A stretch of DNA of 63,998 nt, counting the filler, from Lenisia limosa (Eukaryota > Protista > Breviatea), in the NCBI GenBank assembly GCA_001655205.1. It is 7 parts of 7 records of this genome, joined end to end, with 100 filler letters (N's around TTAATTAATTAA, not from the genome) between each part and the next. Parts side by side here need not be neighbours in the genome. Positions count along the whole stretch, not along the records: positions 1 to 23,896 come from LPNZ01007120.1; 6 more parts are not named here. One strand, 5' to 3'. A program made the translations under genes and the position numbers. Below the pieces are notes generated by a model, which saw only the letters and a program-made list of their open reading frames with translations, made no database searches and had not been told where the DNA came from. How positions within the stretch are numbered: the first letter of the stretch is position 1; each line of letters opens with the position of its first letter. Shown piece by piece: positions 1-13,800 of this stretch.

Positions 1-1242
1 TGTGGCGACTGTGATTTCTTGGTACCATGTTTATGGCTCGGAGGTGGAGGGAGAGGTTGTGTTGGAGGAATGTGAGAAGTGGTAGTCTTAACGGTTTCCT
101 AATACGTCAGAGAAAGAATGAATCTCTTCACATACTAAGCCTGTCTACAATATAATCCTTATAAAAAAACACAACCTCCACGAAAATACAACGTGTGTCG
201 AACCTTAGCTCGTTGAAGCGCATCCGCCTCCATTTGCGTCAAGTTCTGTTTCTGTTTCATCAAATGGTCTGCTTCCCGGGACACCGCCGAACGAAGCGCT
301 AATAACTCAGCACGGACCTATCAGGTCAACAGAGAAGAAGGCAAATAATCTGTCCTATAACCACTAGTGGTTGGTCATATTAGTCGCGATGCTGAACAAC
401 GGTAATACCAGAATTTAGTCCGAGCATCTCAATGGATTATCGAAACTATCAATCGAGGCTATGAGGTATCATTTCACTGTAGAAAACGATCGTTCAAACG
501 TATAAATCTGACCCACTGAGTGATTTAATTTACGCAAGTACAGTATGATAGCATGATACCCTGATGACCCACTTCTTCTTCACGTTGTCTTGCTTCCGCT
601 TCTCGCGCTTGGAGATAGGCTTCACGTTGCTGTGCAACCTCTTGCGTTATCTTCAGCTTCTCAAGAAGTTCCAACAGCTTGGCCTGGAGTGTAACAGTTA
701 TATGTGGTAAAATGAGTATATATATATTATATGTGATTATCTCCTAAAATAGTTTTGTTTGTTGTAGAAACCTTTAATGGTCACCAGTGGACTCCAAAAT
801 AACAGCAAACTATCAAAACAATTCAAGACACTAATTTCCTTAGTATAATTTATGATCCTTTGCCAGTCAGCGTCCCCCCCCCNNNNNNNNNNNNNNNNNN
901 NNNNNNNNNNNNNNNNNNNNNNNNNNNNNNNNNNNNNNNNNNNNNNNNNNNNGCCTCCAGATCTGTAGCAGCAAAGGTGTCCAAAAACTGTTCTGAAGAG
1001 ATGAATCCCTCATAATCATCTCTCAAAGAATCTATTAATCGCTTGGATGACTGCTGAGATATGGTAGAGTTAATGGAGAGTGACAACTGGGAGGGTGTTG
1101 AAGAGGGCGGGGTATTCTCTGGAGCTGTGGTGCCTACTAAACCAGATTTTACTAGAATTTGTCCATTTTCAACGGATGGGAGGAGCGGGAGAGCCTTTGA
1201 AAGTGAAGATCCATCACTCTGCAGTTCATTACTGGCACTCAT
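1..1242 (-). CDS. Hypothetical protein with EF-hand-like motif and coiled coil (multi-exon, runs off window end)
   Basis: First exon 850-1242 contains LIDSLRDDYEGFISSEQFLDTF (EF-hand-like). Downstream GT-AG exons encode LQAKLLELLEKLKITQEVAQQREAYLQAREAEARQREEE (~570-690) and VRAELLALRSAVSREADHLMKQKQNLTQMEADALQRAK (~205-320). Confidence 0.5.
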
Positions 1243-1523
1243 TCTGCCCTATTCTGATGATACATCAATAATAAAATAATGACGAGTGCAAGATGAGTGG
1301 CAAGAAAGAGTTTACTCTCTTTTATAGTATAAATATTGTTTGAGCCCCCATGTGTATAATGTATATATAAACAAGAAATTGGAATTTCAGAAAAGTTATT
1401 TTGTGTTGTAGTAGGTATATGGGGATTCTTAGAGAAAACTCCTTGGTGTAGAATAAGTTAATCAGCAAAAATGTTTAGATATCGACCTTTGTGAAGCTAT
1501 ATCTTTCTTCCTAAGCTGCTTTA

Positions 1524-3311
1524 ATGGTAGATTTTGACAAGGATGACCTTCATCCTGATAATTGGAACTATGGAGCAGTTTGTTTGGCCCTTTCAGGCTT
1601 TTACGGAATTTTGGTGTTGATCAGTTTTGTTCAACTGGTTCGAGTTAAAATCATTCTTCCCAAGTCTAAATGGGACAGTCAAAAGCTTTTTTGGTTTCTG
1701 ACGGCCCTCTCAAGTACCTGTATGTCTTGCAATAGGTCCCACTCTTTTACTTTTGTAGTGAGATTGGCTTTCTTTATTTATGTCTACAACTATGAAGCAG
1801 AAGACAGCTATTTCATACCATCATTATCTTCAACGTTATTTACGGTCTTTGATGATCTACCTGCGTTAATTTTCTTCACGACATATACCCAGCTGCTTGT
1901 TTTCTGGTAAGAATGGAAATCTTCTCATGCTTGGATATCTTGAAGACTGAATAGGGAGTGTGCTTTATTGACCTCCCTCAGAGTATTATCTGATATATGA
2001 AGCTTATATTATACGTTAATGTTGATAATATGACCCCTCAGGGCGAGTATTATTGCCAACGCTCGCTCAGGATACGAGGTGTATAGCCGGAGACTCAGAC
2101 CTTTATCTGTTATCATTAACTTGTTCGTCTACATCTCCCAAAGTTTGTTGAGGGATTTTTTTTATTATTGTTTTAATAAGAACCATATTGACTATTTAGC
2201 TATCTTGTGGGGAATGTACTACTTTGCCCCCATTCCTAACGACATAATTGAGCGGATTCTGAACCTGTTCTTTGCCGGGGTGTCTCTGTTGGCTGCCTTA
2301 GGTTTCATCGTTGTCGGCCTTACACTGTTTGTTCTGCTCATTAGGTATGGTTAGGCTTAAATTAAGAAGGCTCTTAAATCTTATTAATATGATTTGTGGA
2401 ATGCTTCTGCTAGGCCGGCTCATTTCTTCAGATATAGAATATGATTTGTAATATTTAAACTGCACTAATCTGACCTTCTTGTATGCACTAAAAACCAATA
2501 AGTTCTCTTTAGAGTGAAGCCCCAGGATCCAATATTAGCCAAGTCCCGACGATATAAGCTTATTGAGGTGCGTGAAGGTCCAACATTAGCTAACTTGGTA
2601 AAACGTTTCATTACGATTTCAGGTTGCATTAGTTACATTAGTTTGTTTCTCTGCATTTCTTGCGAGATCGGTTCTTGTTGTTTATAGTCAGGTGAGTGGT
2701 GATAATATTATTTCCATCTTACCCATGAGATTTTGACCAGTCAACGTGACGCATTTTTATGAAGTACTAACCACTCTTTTAGTTTAAAGAAAACTTGGTG
2801 ACAGAGCCTTGGTCAGTATTTGCCTACTTTTTCTGTGCTGAACTGATACCGTCGCTACTGGTCCTCTTTGTCCTTCGCAAAGTGAGTTTTTGGGCCTCTT
2901 TGGTCCTTGGAAAATGGAAAATATCAACATTTTCAATCACCGAGCCTTTGCTGACTGTGCAGTTGCCCCGGAAGAAGTCCGATCAGACCACGCTTGTGAG
3001 CCACCGGCGAAACGGCCGCGGAAGTGCGTCACGCCACACACCCCGACAGGCACGCCAACCTTACGCTGTCCCGGCTGCTAGGTTGGTGAGGCCCTTTGAT
3101 TTGAGCGGCATACATACCATGCCATATATAAACGGGGTGTCTGGAGGTAAGTTAAATGTAAACTTCTGCAAGGAACCGAAATGCGGCGGGAGGGGGTCCG
3201 CTTCTTGTTAGCCCTAACCGAAACAGGGCCTCTACACCACCGAGCCATAGTCACAGAGGATCGCCATACAGTGTTGGTCGGCCTCCCACTCCCTACGATC
3301 AAAGAGTCTAA
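1524..3311 (+). CDS. THH1/TOM1/TOM3 (tobamovirus multiplication 1-like, DUF1084) multi-pass membrane protein
   Basis: Hydrophobic exons include LISFVQLVRV..KWDSQKLFWFL, DDLPALIFFTTYTQLLVFW and FFCAELIPSLLVLFVLRKLP, which are typical of this family. There is a Ser/Pro/Arg-rich tail, and the spliced frame ends at TAA 3309-3311. Confidence 0.8.
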
Positions 3312-3537
3312 TTAGTCTGTTTCCCCGCACGCTTGAGGGCCTGGTCCCCGTGCTAATGTATTCTATTTTTTTGGTATAAGACTGGTTGAGTCACAATGTT
3401 TATGATGGTGTCATAGAAGAAAAGCTCCCCAATTTGGACTACCTGTTTAAATCTGCATAATACCGATACCATACTCAGACGATTAGTTGAGACAGGTGCT
3501 TCAGACTTTGAGGCATTGTTGACAAGAAGAAAGCAAA

Positions 3538-5344
3538 TTACACAAGAAGAACTAAAAAGTGAAACCTCAGCAAAGTAGGAGTCGAAACAGACTAAAAAGA
3601 GGCAGCAACCTACCAGCATTGATGCATCCGTCGTTCTCGGGATGGTTAGTGACCTGGGCGTACTTGCCCCAGACGACCTTGCCGCCAGTTGTCACCAAGC
3701 CCAAATCTGACACGTTGACCTCAATGACCTAATGTGTGAGAAATGCTCAGTTGAATAGATCCACTGTTTTTGTTTGAATCGTGAAGAGCATTTAAAAGAA
3801 AAACAGTCCAGTTAAAAAAGAATAAACCAGGTGGCCACAAACTCGTAAAATTAGCAGCTAATACCGCCAAACAATAAGTCAGCCGTTTAAAGTCCATCCC
3901 TCCAACAGTTCCCTTGGTGATAACGCCGAGAGTGGTGTAGAGTGGAGATGAGGGGTTCTTCTTAACGCCGATGATGTCGAGGTTGAAGGTAGCCTTGAGC
4001 TCAGGGTGGGTAACGTGAGCCTGGGGGGGGGGGGGGNNNNNNNNNNNNNNNNNNNNNNNNNNNNNNNNNNNNNNNNNNNNNNNNNNNNNNNNNNNNNNNN
4101 NNNNNNNNNNNNNNNNNNNNNNNNNNNNNNNNNNNNNNNNNNNNNNNNATTTATGAAACACAAAAAAAAAACTCAATGTCAGGGCAACTTTCTTCGATGA
4201 AGCGTCCATTCATATTAAGAAGAATTGATGAGAGGCCCAAACCACAAACCTTCTTGAAACGAAGTCCGGTGGGACGAATGAAGCGCTCGTACTTGGGTGG
4301 TTTACGGGTGAAACCGTCTCCAACGAATGTCACCTTTGTGATCATTCTCTTCCATGCCTTAGCTACAAGCATTACAGACATTCAAGTGATCAAACACAAA
4401 CAGAACCTAAAGACCACCTCTCACCCTTTCTCTTTCCAGTCTTCACCACCTTGAACATTTCATCATCAGCAATCGGGCGAACCTAAAGAAAATGAACAGG
4501 GACGTCGAGGGCTTATTACACTAGGAATCTCTGAAGGCAGACCCCCTCACTTTAGGAATGGGGACATCCCATTTTCCAGCCTTCTCCTTACGCTTTTGTT
4601 TGATAGTGTTGTTCAAAACCTTGGAGGTGAGTCATGAAACTTGCTAGGAAAGCGGAGATTAGACTTGTCCTACCTTGGCTCTTGACATGCCCTCACGGTC
4701 CATAAGATAGGCGGGCACAGCACCCTCGGGCTTTGTGTCCTTCTCCTTCACCTTACGCTGCTTCTCATCATGCATGGCAATTCTAATTCGTAACACCTCC
4801 TGCCAAACCCATACCAATATCGATATTGAGCATCAGACTAGTCATTGTAGTACATGCGACTTAATACCACCAATTACAATCACCCCATGCCTCTCCCTTA
4901 TCCCTCTACTGTTTCCAAAAAGAATACCATGTCTGAGAAGAGACAAAATGATCAGATGACTGACTGCACAAAAGAGAAGCATGCAACCTACGTTTTCTTC
5001 ATGGCGGCCTTCTCCTTGTAACGTTGCTTGTTAAACATCTTTGCCTTGAGCCCATGGAGCTAAATGGTAAGCGAGGCTTCGAAGAGGCTTGACTCGGGAG
5101 AATTTGAAACTTTTACAAACCTTCTTGGCCATCTTTGAGTTCTTCTTAACATCTCTAGCCTCCTTCTTTCTCCTGAAAAGGTAAATATCCGCATAGTCAT
5201 TGTTAGAAACGCCAGAAGTTACAAAATTACTCACTTTTTCTCTTCATAATCAAGCCTTCTTCCATTACGCTTTTGGAAAAGCTCAATATGCTCGTGTTGC
5301 GGCTAGAAAGTTAATGGGAAAAGAGGGGGAAGGAAGCAAACCAT
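3538..5344 (-). CDS. NSA2: Ribosome biogenesis protein NSA2
   Basis: ATG|intron|[22 protein letters not shown]; [29 protein letters not shown]; [38 protein letters not shown]; [41 protein letters not shown]. Confidence 0.96.
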
Positions 5345-5609
5345 TGTGAAAGTCTAGTCAAAAAATATCCTTGTAAACTGATCTACACTGTGCCTAAATA
5401 AACACAACAAATATAGGCAGCTCCTAAAAAGGTCTGAATTTTTTTTTTCTTGAGGGTGAAATAATCGAGCGAAAGTGCAATCCTTCGAAATATATAAGTT
5501 GGAGAGTGTTTTTGTCATTGTATTCAAAATTGGTGGGTATGCTTGCTAATATACACTAATATAGTATTTTTATATTGTTTTAGAACTATTTTAACTCGGT
5601 TAGGAAACA

Positions 5610-7710
5610 ATGGTTCGCAGAAGGTCCAAGAAATCCAAGTCCAGTGCTGCTTCAGGCAACGCTGAAGTACCATCACTTGAGCAGATGAATAATGAACTCG
5701 AGAGTGGAAGAGGCGTCTTTGAAGATGACTCTGCACAAGGACAGATGTGAGTTCATCTTGACCAATATTATTACCATCTTTAACATCGTTTAACTTCAAC
5801 CCAAGATCAAGCAATGTTATCTTGTTGTATATTTTTGAGTTTTTCAAAAGCTTTTTCTATCTATTTTTCTTGATATAACCCTTCAGTCCGTTCTCCGACC
5901 CCAACATGGTGACGTTTGCAGCACCCACCCCCATGACCTGCGGATGGGTCAAGTGCGACAAAACAGTACGTCTCGGCCTTGAACTGATGAATTGACTTCT
6001 TCAGGAGGACGCTTCAGCCCCCTTCAAGGAGTGTTTCTCATGCGGCACCAAGTATTGCTCCGAGGAATGCCAGGTCCGTCTTTTCTCCCTTCTTTACTTC
6101 GCGCGTCAGTTTTCCCAATCTTACAGGAGAAATGAAATTGTGGTGTCATTCAATTTAGGACCTGGATTGGCGGACCCACCACAAAGCTGCAGGTTGTGTC
6201 CAGCATTCTTACCTTTTCAAAACTACCAAGAAGGTGAGCGTTGGTTCGCAAATTGGGGTCACAGCACATTTTTTCGACCGGTAATGTAAACTCACTTGTT
6301 TTCTATGACCGGTAATTTCACAAACATGGAATGAACCGAAACCGAGCGTGTCCATCAGTGTGATTTATAAATAGTCAAAGGTGGCGTTTTTGTGTGACAG
6401 TTTTCGGGATTGTAACCTGGCTTTAACCATCATCAACAACAGTGGTTATGAACAAAAAATATACCACCAGACCAGATACCATAGGGAACTGCTTCGTTAC
6501 CCCGTATTCCACCTTACTCCCTCTGACACATTCAGGAAGAATTCCCCACCCAAATGGTGAACCCCTACAGCTGCCTCAGTAAGGCCATCAGACGTGTCAG
6601 ATTTCATTGTTTGCGGGCTGGAATTGAAGTGTCTAGGATGGGGGGGGGGGTNNNNNNNNNNNNNNNNNNNNNNNNNNNNNNNNNNNNNNNNNNNNNNNNN
6701 NNNNNNNNNNNNNNNNNNNNNNATTGTTTAGTATGTCCATTTGTTGTGGCGAACTACGACAAAGTCGGGCGTGGAGTTGTCTTCATGCGCACTAATGAGC
6801 CAATCAAAGTACGTGTTTTTCTATTATCAAGCAAACTATTAGGCTATTTATTTAAACTTTTATAACGACGATAGTATGGAATACAACCTTTCTCATTCCA
6901 CCTTTTTTACCCCTAGTCCTATTACTTCGATGCGCCAGTTGACTGTTACGGTCGCGCAATGAAAAGAGAGGTTGGAGGCTGGGCTCAATTGTCAATCCTT
7001 TCTGTCACAAGGCCTTCAAGCCTTCGTCGTTGTTTTCATGGTTTAGGTGGAATCCATGTACATCCCTGCCGATGTTTTTGAGAAGGATTTCTCAGCGATG
7101 CAAGGCCTCCCAATGTACAGCCAGGCCCTGGTTGGCACTGTCTCTTTTTGTTTATTGAACATCGTATTTATCAAATTGCTAACCACGAAAGTAAGCCAAA
7201 TAACACCATAGGAACAAGTCAAGGTTTACGACCCAAAGGAGTCGTTTGTGCTAGTCATGATTGCTCGTTGCGGCTGGGCTGTTGTTAGCAGTATCAAACT
7301 CACTCCTGAGTACCCTGTTTGTCAGGTGGGTGGAATACTGTTGAGCTGTCCGTTTTTGTCACCTTTTCGCAATTGGATGATCCTTTAGAATTTGGTACAA
7401 ACCGGCTCGGATGTGGGGCCCGAGATCCTTTTGATCATTGATGACCATGAGCATGCCACTGGAGAAGAGGATTCACACAAAGAAGGCAAGCCGATGCTTG
7501 TAGCTGCAGGCCAGGGCGCAAACGCTGAGGTATGAACTGGGTCACCTCTATCATACTTCATACTTATCATACACAAAGGAAATATTATTTTACACATGCT
7601 ATGTGGTAACATTCTAGGAGTTGAAAGCCGCTTTTGAGGCAATGAAACTCAGTCAAAAGAAGAAGGCAGAGGAAAAGAAGAAGCAAGAAGAGGCTGAGAA
7701 ATCTTCATAA
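5610..7710 (+). CDS. MYND-type zinc finger protein
   Basis: Spliced exons give MVRRRSKKSKSS..., then CGWVKCDK/EDASAPFKECFSCGTKYCSEECQ/DLDWRTHHKAAGC (MYND Cys/His pattern), and end ...KKKQEEAEKSS* at TAA 7708-7710. Confidence 0.7.
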
Positions 7711-7845
7711 GTTTTGTTTGTTGGTTTTGTTGTTGTTTTAGTGGGCTGATATATGGTACTGTTTCCTTTCAACAACAGGCTCTGATTGCACACGTACTGA
7801 AAACAAGAAACATTTAAATAAATAGACCTAATATACTACAATACC

Positions 7846-10800
7846 TTACAATCTTGATGCTAATTCCGAGTTGACATTCGACATAACTTTCATGAGTTGG
7901 CCTAGAAGGGTAAATTATATGTCTCTGTGGTTTATGATGAACTCAGAAGTCTATTCCATGATTCAAATAAAGAAAAAATATACTACTATCTTGTCTTCAC
8001 CTTGTAAATGGGCAAGGGATTTGGCATCCATGTCTTTGAAATTCATTTCAAGCAATGAATCTATTTTGGCATTATTAGAGCGCTGTTGGGGCGGGCTTGG
8101 GGCCTTGAAACCTTCTAAGGGATAAGAACGAGTTCCTTCAAGTAACAATTTGCACTATGGTAGTACAATGGGTAGAATAAGTTGCCTCACGAAAAGACCA
8201 TGCCCACTGATTGCAGGCCTTCCTTCAGGGGTGACCTTCGAATCCTTTGATGGTGACGTGTCAAAAGGTAACGTGCGGCGAGTCGGCTTCTAAGGAGGGG
8301 TCAAACTTTTGATGACACCAGGTTTTGAAACAATACAGATTAATCAGAAATCTGAGGAGGAAAGGAGATAGCCACCCACGTTTTGAGGAGAGACGTTGCC
8401 ATTTTTCCTTGCAATATCCCCCATCTTCTTCACAATGTTGTTCATCTGGTCATTGGGGATCTTAAGCGCTTTCAGCTCATTAAGCGGAAGGGATGCCAAC
8501 TGCCCAACGGTTTTCACCGACTTAGTGCTCAGCGCCTGGGGGATAGTCAATGAATACAATATGATATCATATCATTGATGTAGTTTATCAGACAACAAAA
8601 CTAACGCCACCCCTTATTAAAGATTGTGACTAAAACGAATACTAAATAGACATGCAATCACCTACCTGGAGAATACTCCTATTGAACACTGACGACATTG
8701 CTGAGAGGAGAATGCTGTTACCTGCTAGTTCGGGGAAGCACGGTCCGGATGATGACGGTGGCGATGGTGATGACTTTACTGTGCGTCGGCGATTGGGCTG
8801 AATCATGAAGGGTTGATAACAACAAAACAAAGCCAGTCGCTTCTGCACCGCAACACCGCATCCCATCACGGGGGGGGGGGAGTAAAACGAAGGAAATTTA
8901 GATGAAGAATATTGGTGTAGAGGTACTAATCACGAAGTGAATAATCTGAAACTCCAAACAAACAAAAAACAAAAATCAAGCAATAACAAACACGAGCAAC
9001 CAACGCTTAAACTAAACAAAAACCAGATGACAAAAACACAAAAACAAAAACAAGCCCGCATTAAAAAAGTGAGGGAAATGTTTTAAAAAAGCCGGAGCAG
9101 TCAGATTTTCCAAAAAATCAAGCAAAAAAAAAGTCAACCATGAAAGAAAGGACCAAACCGGGGTGGAAGTAGCAAGGAGGCTTGGGAGGGATGGAGCTAT
9201 TTTGGGGTTCATTGTGTTTCGTTTTCTATGTGAGTTAAGCAAGACACTCCCCTCAACCCCATGATGTATATATCAGGCAGAACTCTCATACCCGGGTAAG
9301 ACTCTCTCGTATGATTGTGGTGGTACATAGGGAGGCACAGGGGAACCAGGGGGTAACGTGCTACGGCCAGGAGAGCTGAGGGGTGAGAGGGATGAAGGGG
9401 ATTGGGATGTTGTAAAGCAATGTAATGTGATTGTGAACAAATGAAGTTGCTTACCATGGAATAACAGGGATTGGTACAGACTGAAAAGGTTAATTCAAAT
9501 AGAAAACAGCAGAGGTTTGGTGTTGTATTAAAATACAAACCAAGAAGCCTACCCCAACGAAGTCTATGGAATCGATCTGAGCAGCTGTTCGTAAGGCTGA
9601 ATGCAATGGCAAATTGGGACTCTGCCTGTTCTGCGTATCTAGTAGCTGCGAGAAATGAGAGTTGACTGTAACCATGGCTTTCTACAGCCAATGTCTTCAA
9701 AATACACAGATGATATACAATAGGTAATTGCAGCAGGAACTTACATTTTCTTTTGAGTTAAACACTACGGCTTTACTTGGTTGCGGGGACTCAACTGCCA
9801 TTTTTGAAACTTTGGGGGTAATTAGTTATATGTTCTTGTGCATCATTCCAATCCGATCGTTCATTTTCATAAAATGCTCTGGAGCGGATAGGATCGGTTG
9901 GGAACGATATATCGTTTTAGAGCTCTGGGCAATAAATATTAATATTATTAATATGATATAGTATACTATATGATAGATCAAATATATATTATGATATATT
10001 AATGATATCAAAATATAAATATAATGTTTCTTGAAGCAAAAAAAAGTCATATTAACAATATTAATACATATCAATAAATGATCAATATATGTATACTATA
10101 TCATATATCATATACTACAAAATAATATATATATTAATTACAATATTAATACATATCAATAAATAATTAGAATAAAAGGAGTATTAAGAAAAAAAATACC
10201 GAAGGAACTGTAGAAACAGAAAAAACAGAAAACGGAAGAACAAAAAAATCAACGAAATGAAATACATTTTTTAAAAATTGTTCTTATACAATCAGGGAAC
10301 AAAAAACAATTAAAATAATTAAAATCAAAAACATACTACTAATATATTATTCTTATCATTTGAATAGTAATATATATTAATACAATATTAATACTGATAT
10401 TAATACATATGATCATATTAATATTTAAGATGAACAAAACAATACATATTAATTAATATTAATATTACTATTGCCCGGAGCTCTCATATTTTTCATTAGA
10501 AAATATACTTTTCAATGTATAACTTGTTTTCATAAAACATCTCTGTCGTAATCAATCATTTTAATAACTATCCTGCCAATTTTGAATGACAAAATATGTA
10601 TATATATAGTATATAAAAAAGGAAATCCCCACCACAATCCGGATTGGTTGAAAATATATGTTCTGTATAGGATCGGTTCGCGGTGATACACAAAATGTTG
10701 CAGTAGAAATAATCAATTCAATTAAAAGTTAATCCCCACAAACTAGGCTCAGGAGTTGAGGGTGCTACTGCTACTTCATTGCCGGTTTTTTCAGCAGACG

Positions 10801-13800
10801 TAACCTCTTCCTTTTTTTCTTCTTCCTCTTTTACGTATTCCACCTCCTCTTTGTTGTCAACCGCTTTCTTCATTTCTTCCTTCAATTCTTCCTTTTCTTC
10901 TTTTTCTTCCTTCTTGCTATTTTGTTCGACTTCCCTGTCGTCTTCCTCTTCAGCTGTCTCCTCGTCCACCACAGTGCTCACAACTGAGTTGGTTGTACCA
11001 GCTGCTTCCGATAATAGACTGGAAGAAGGGACCAGGGACTTGTCAGATGTACTGCTGCCGGGTTTTTCGAGGGCTGTTGAAGCTTCTGTGTCGTCTTCAG
11101 CCTCCATTACATTGGGGGAGTTTTCATTAGGGGCTGAAGCTTCAGGAAACTCAATGTCAGATTCGTCGTCCGAAGGTACCGCAGAGGTAGCTTCGGTTCC
11201 ACCTTCCTTATTTGGTAAGGATTCCTTCTGTGGTGTTGTGGACGGACAGGGTAAATCACGGGCGGAATCGAATTGATCCGCTAAAGACCTCTTTGTGGGC
11301 TTACTGGGAGATCAATCAAAAAGTGCGAATATGAAAGCAAATATGCCGTATCTCACAGTATTAGCAAATGAAGGAGATAGATAAGGCAAACCCGTTGAAT
11401 AAAGCAAGGACGTCTTGAAGGTCGGATTGAGATCTGCTAAAGTCCATCGTTTGTGTGTGCTCAAGGCCTAGAGAATTAGAACTCCTGTTGCTTCGGGACC
11501 TCACCCCTACCGTTATACATGGCGGGAAGGGCTTGACGCTCTTCCTTGCTTTCGAGCTGATGAACCGTGAAAATACCGCCTTTGACTGCAGGAGATGTGA
11601 CGGATACGAACATGTCGTCTTCATTCTTCATTGCCAGACCTAAACTGTTAACCAATCCGATCCTAAGATCTGCCCACCAGGCGACACAAAAGCTGTCTTT
11701 TGCGCAGTATGAGGAGTCTTCTGCTCCTGTGGAATTTTCGGGACTTTACTGCGTGGTGAAGCGACAAGGGGCGCATCTCTTGCACGTTTGAGAGGAGTGG
11801 AGCTGATGATCTAGGGCATTAGTTAATGTCAAGGAGAACAGTAAACATACTGAGGATGATGAGGAAGATTGCTTCGAAGCGGGAACTGTAGAAGATTGGT
11901 GGACGGAAGTTGAGGATGAATGTTTTGACAGAAGTGGTTCTTCTTTTAGCCAGCCTAAGGAGGTGAGTAAGGCAGTTCTGGCTCACCACTCCAAAGTTCG
12001 TACTGTATTTATGAAATACTATAACTCGATAACAGTACAGGTCTACTTAACCATAAACATAAAAATGAACAACCTATCATATGGGTGATTATTACAAGGA
12101 AAGCAAACCAGGGAGATTCAGGAGATGACTGGCTTCGTAGTTACGCACGGCTGCCTTGAATTCCTCAGAGTAGGCAAGCTCAACGGCAGCACTTAAAGGT
12201 TAAGTGAAGGAGCACGATGATAAGTAGTAGTGTCACAGGCTACTCGCTTACAGAGCAAAAGACCCATTCCAAGCATTGACAGCGGCTTCCTTTACGTCCC
12301 CCTGTTAGGTTATATTAAATCAACTCGCAACTGATTTGGTGAAATGGGTGGAACAGTTTATATTTAAATAACGACAACATTTGCGTCCTGAAGCAACAAA
12401 AGCCCCCAACCGAAGGAGAGCTGAGAGCAAGGCAGAATAGAGCCTCATAAGCAGGGTAGTAACGATTTATTTGCATCGGCGACACCGAGAATATCACTTC
12501 ACTCCATGTTATCAATAGTTTACCTGAAACATGACACCCTCCATCAACGCTCCCTTTTGTCAAAGAAGACCCACCAGCAATAGGGCCGAAAGTCGGCACC
12601 AAAGCAAGGTCCGGTTCGGATGCAACGGAACCGGTTGATGTCAGCGGTCGCAGGAGACACCCAAAGAGACTGCTGGTGTGCTGGAGAGAGTTGGCTCCTT
12701 CCTCACCTAGGTGGAATGGCATAAGGAAGGAGCAACTGAAAAATACATTGTCCATGATTTTCTAGTCATACGTTTTATAACCTCAAAAGAGTCCCCACAC
12801 ACCAGCCATAGAATCGTACAACGCGGTCAGACCTTCGCCCGCTATCGCTACCACTCCCAAGAGTTCTGTTGTACTCACAGTCGTCATCTGGGGGGGGGGG
12901 GNNNNNNNNNNNNNNNNNNNNNNNNNNNNNNNNNNNNNNNNNNNNNNNNNNNNNNNNNNNNNNNNNNNNNNNNNNNNNNNNNNNNNNNNNNNNNNNNNNN
13001 NNNNNNNNNNNNNNNNNNNNNNNNNNNNNNNNNNNNNNNNACAATTGAATGGAAAACAGTCTCACCTCTCTGAGGGATTCATCTGTTTTATTGAGTGCAT
13101 AGTGGAGGGAACTGAGCACTTTTGGAGGATTCCATTTGTCTGAGACACTTCCCAAATACTGCAGTGTCAACAGAGAATTCATTGAAATAGCACAAGGCTC
13201 ACATAGGAGCGCCCTTTGCCGAGGTTTGAAGTGGTTACACAGGCCGTGATGAGTGAAGTTCTCAACTTTAGTGCGGCCAGGGTCTTCACTTTGGCCTAAA
13301 AAGGTAAACCAGTGGGAAGCACAGAGGCAATAGTCCCCCTCGCACGTGTCCCAAAGCCCTTGCAGTGGCACTGGTAACCGCGTTGACATCAGGGTAGACC
13401 AAATCTGTGACAGCAGATACAGAAGAGACAAGGGCTTTCCATTCTTTGACCAAGTCCTGAACGTGAGAACACTAACAATAATAATATGATATAGAAATGA
13501 GTGTAACTTGACAAAGAGTCAATTTGCCCCTCCCCCCTGACAGAATTTTCAAAGGCTTCTGGTGAGTGGTTGGAGAGCTAAATGATGATATTTCACGGAT
13601 CAAGAAAAACATCAAGAAAAAAGATGGGTTGAAGGTGATAAATACATTTCATGGAGAAATGGAAAATAATCCTGCTTTCCAATTTTTCACCAAAAGACCC
13701 AAATTCCCTCCCAATCTTTTCAGATAATTAATAACGCGCAGGACTCACCAAAACAGGTGCAACAAGGAATGTGACGAATGGCTTCAAGTCGTGGTTCTTG

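Noticed and set aside
10779-11276. 165-aa Ser-rich plus-strand ORF
   Set aside because: It is the antisense shadow of the Glu/Lys-rich RIF1 exon on the minus strand.
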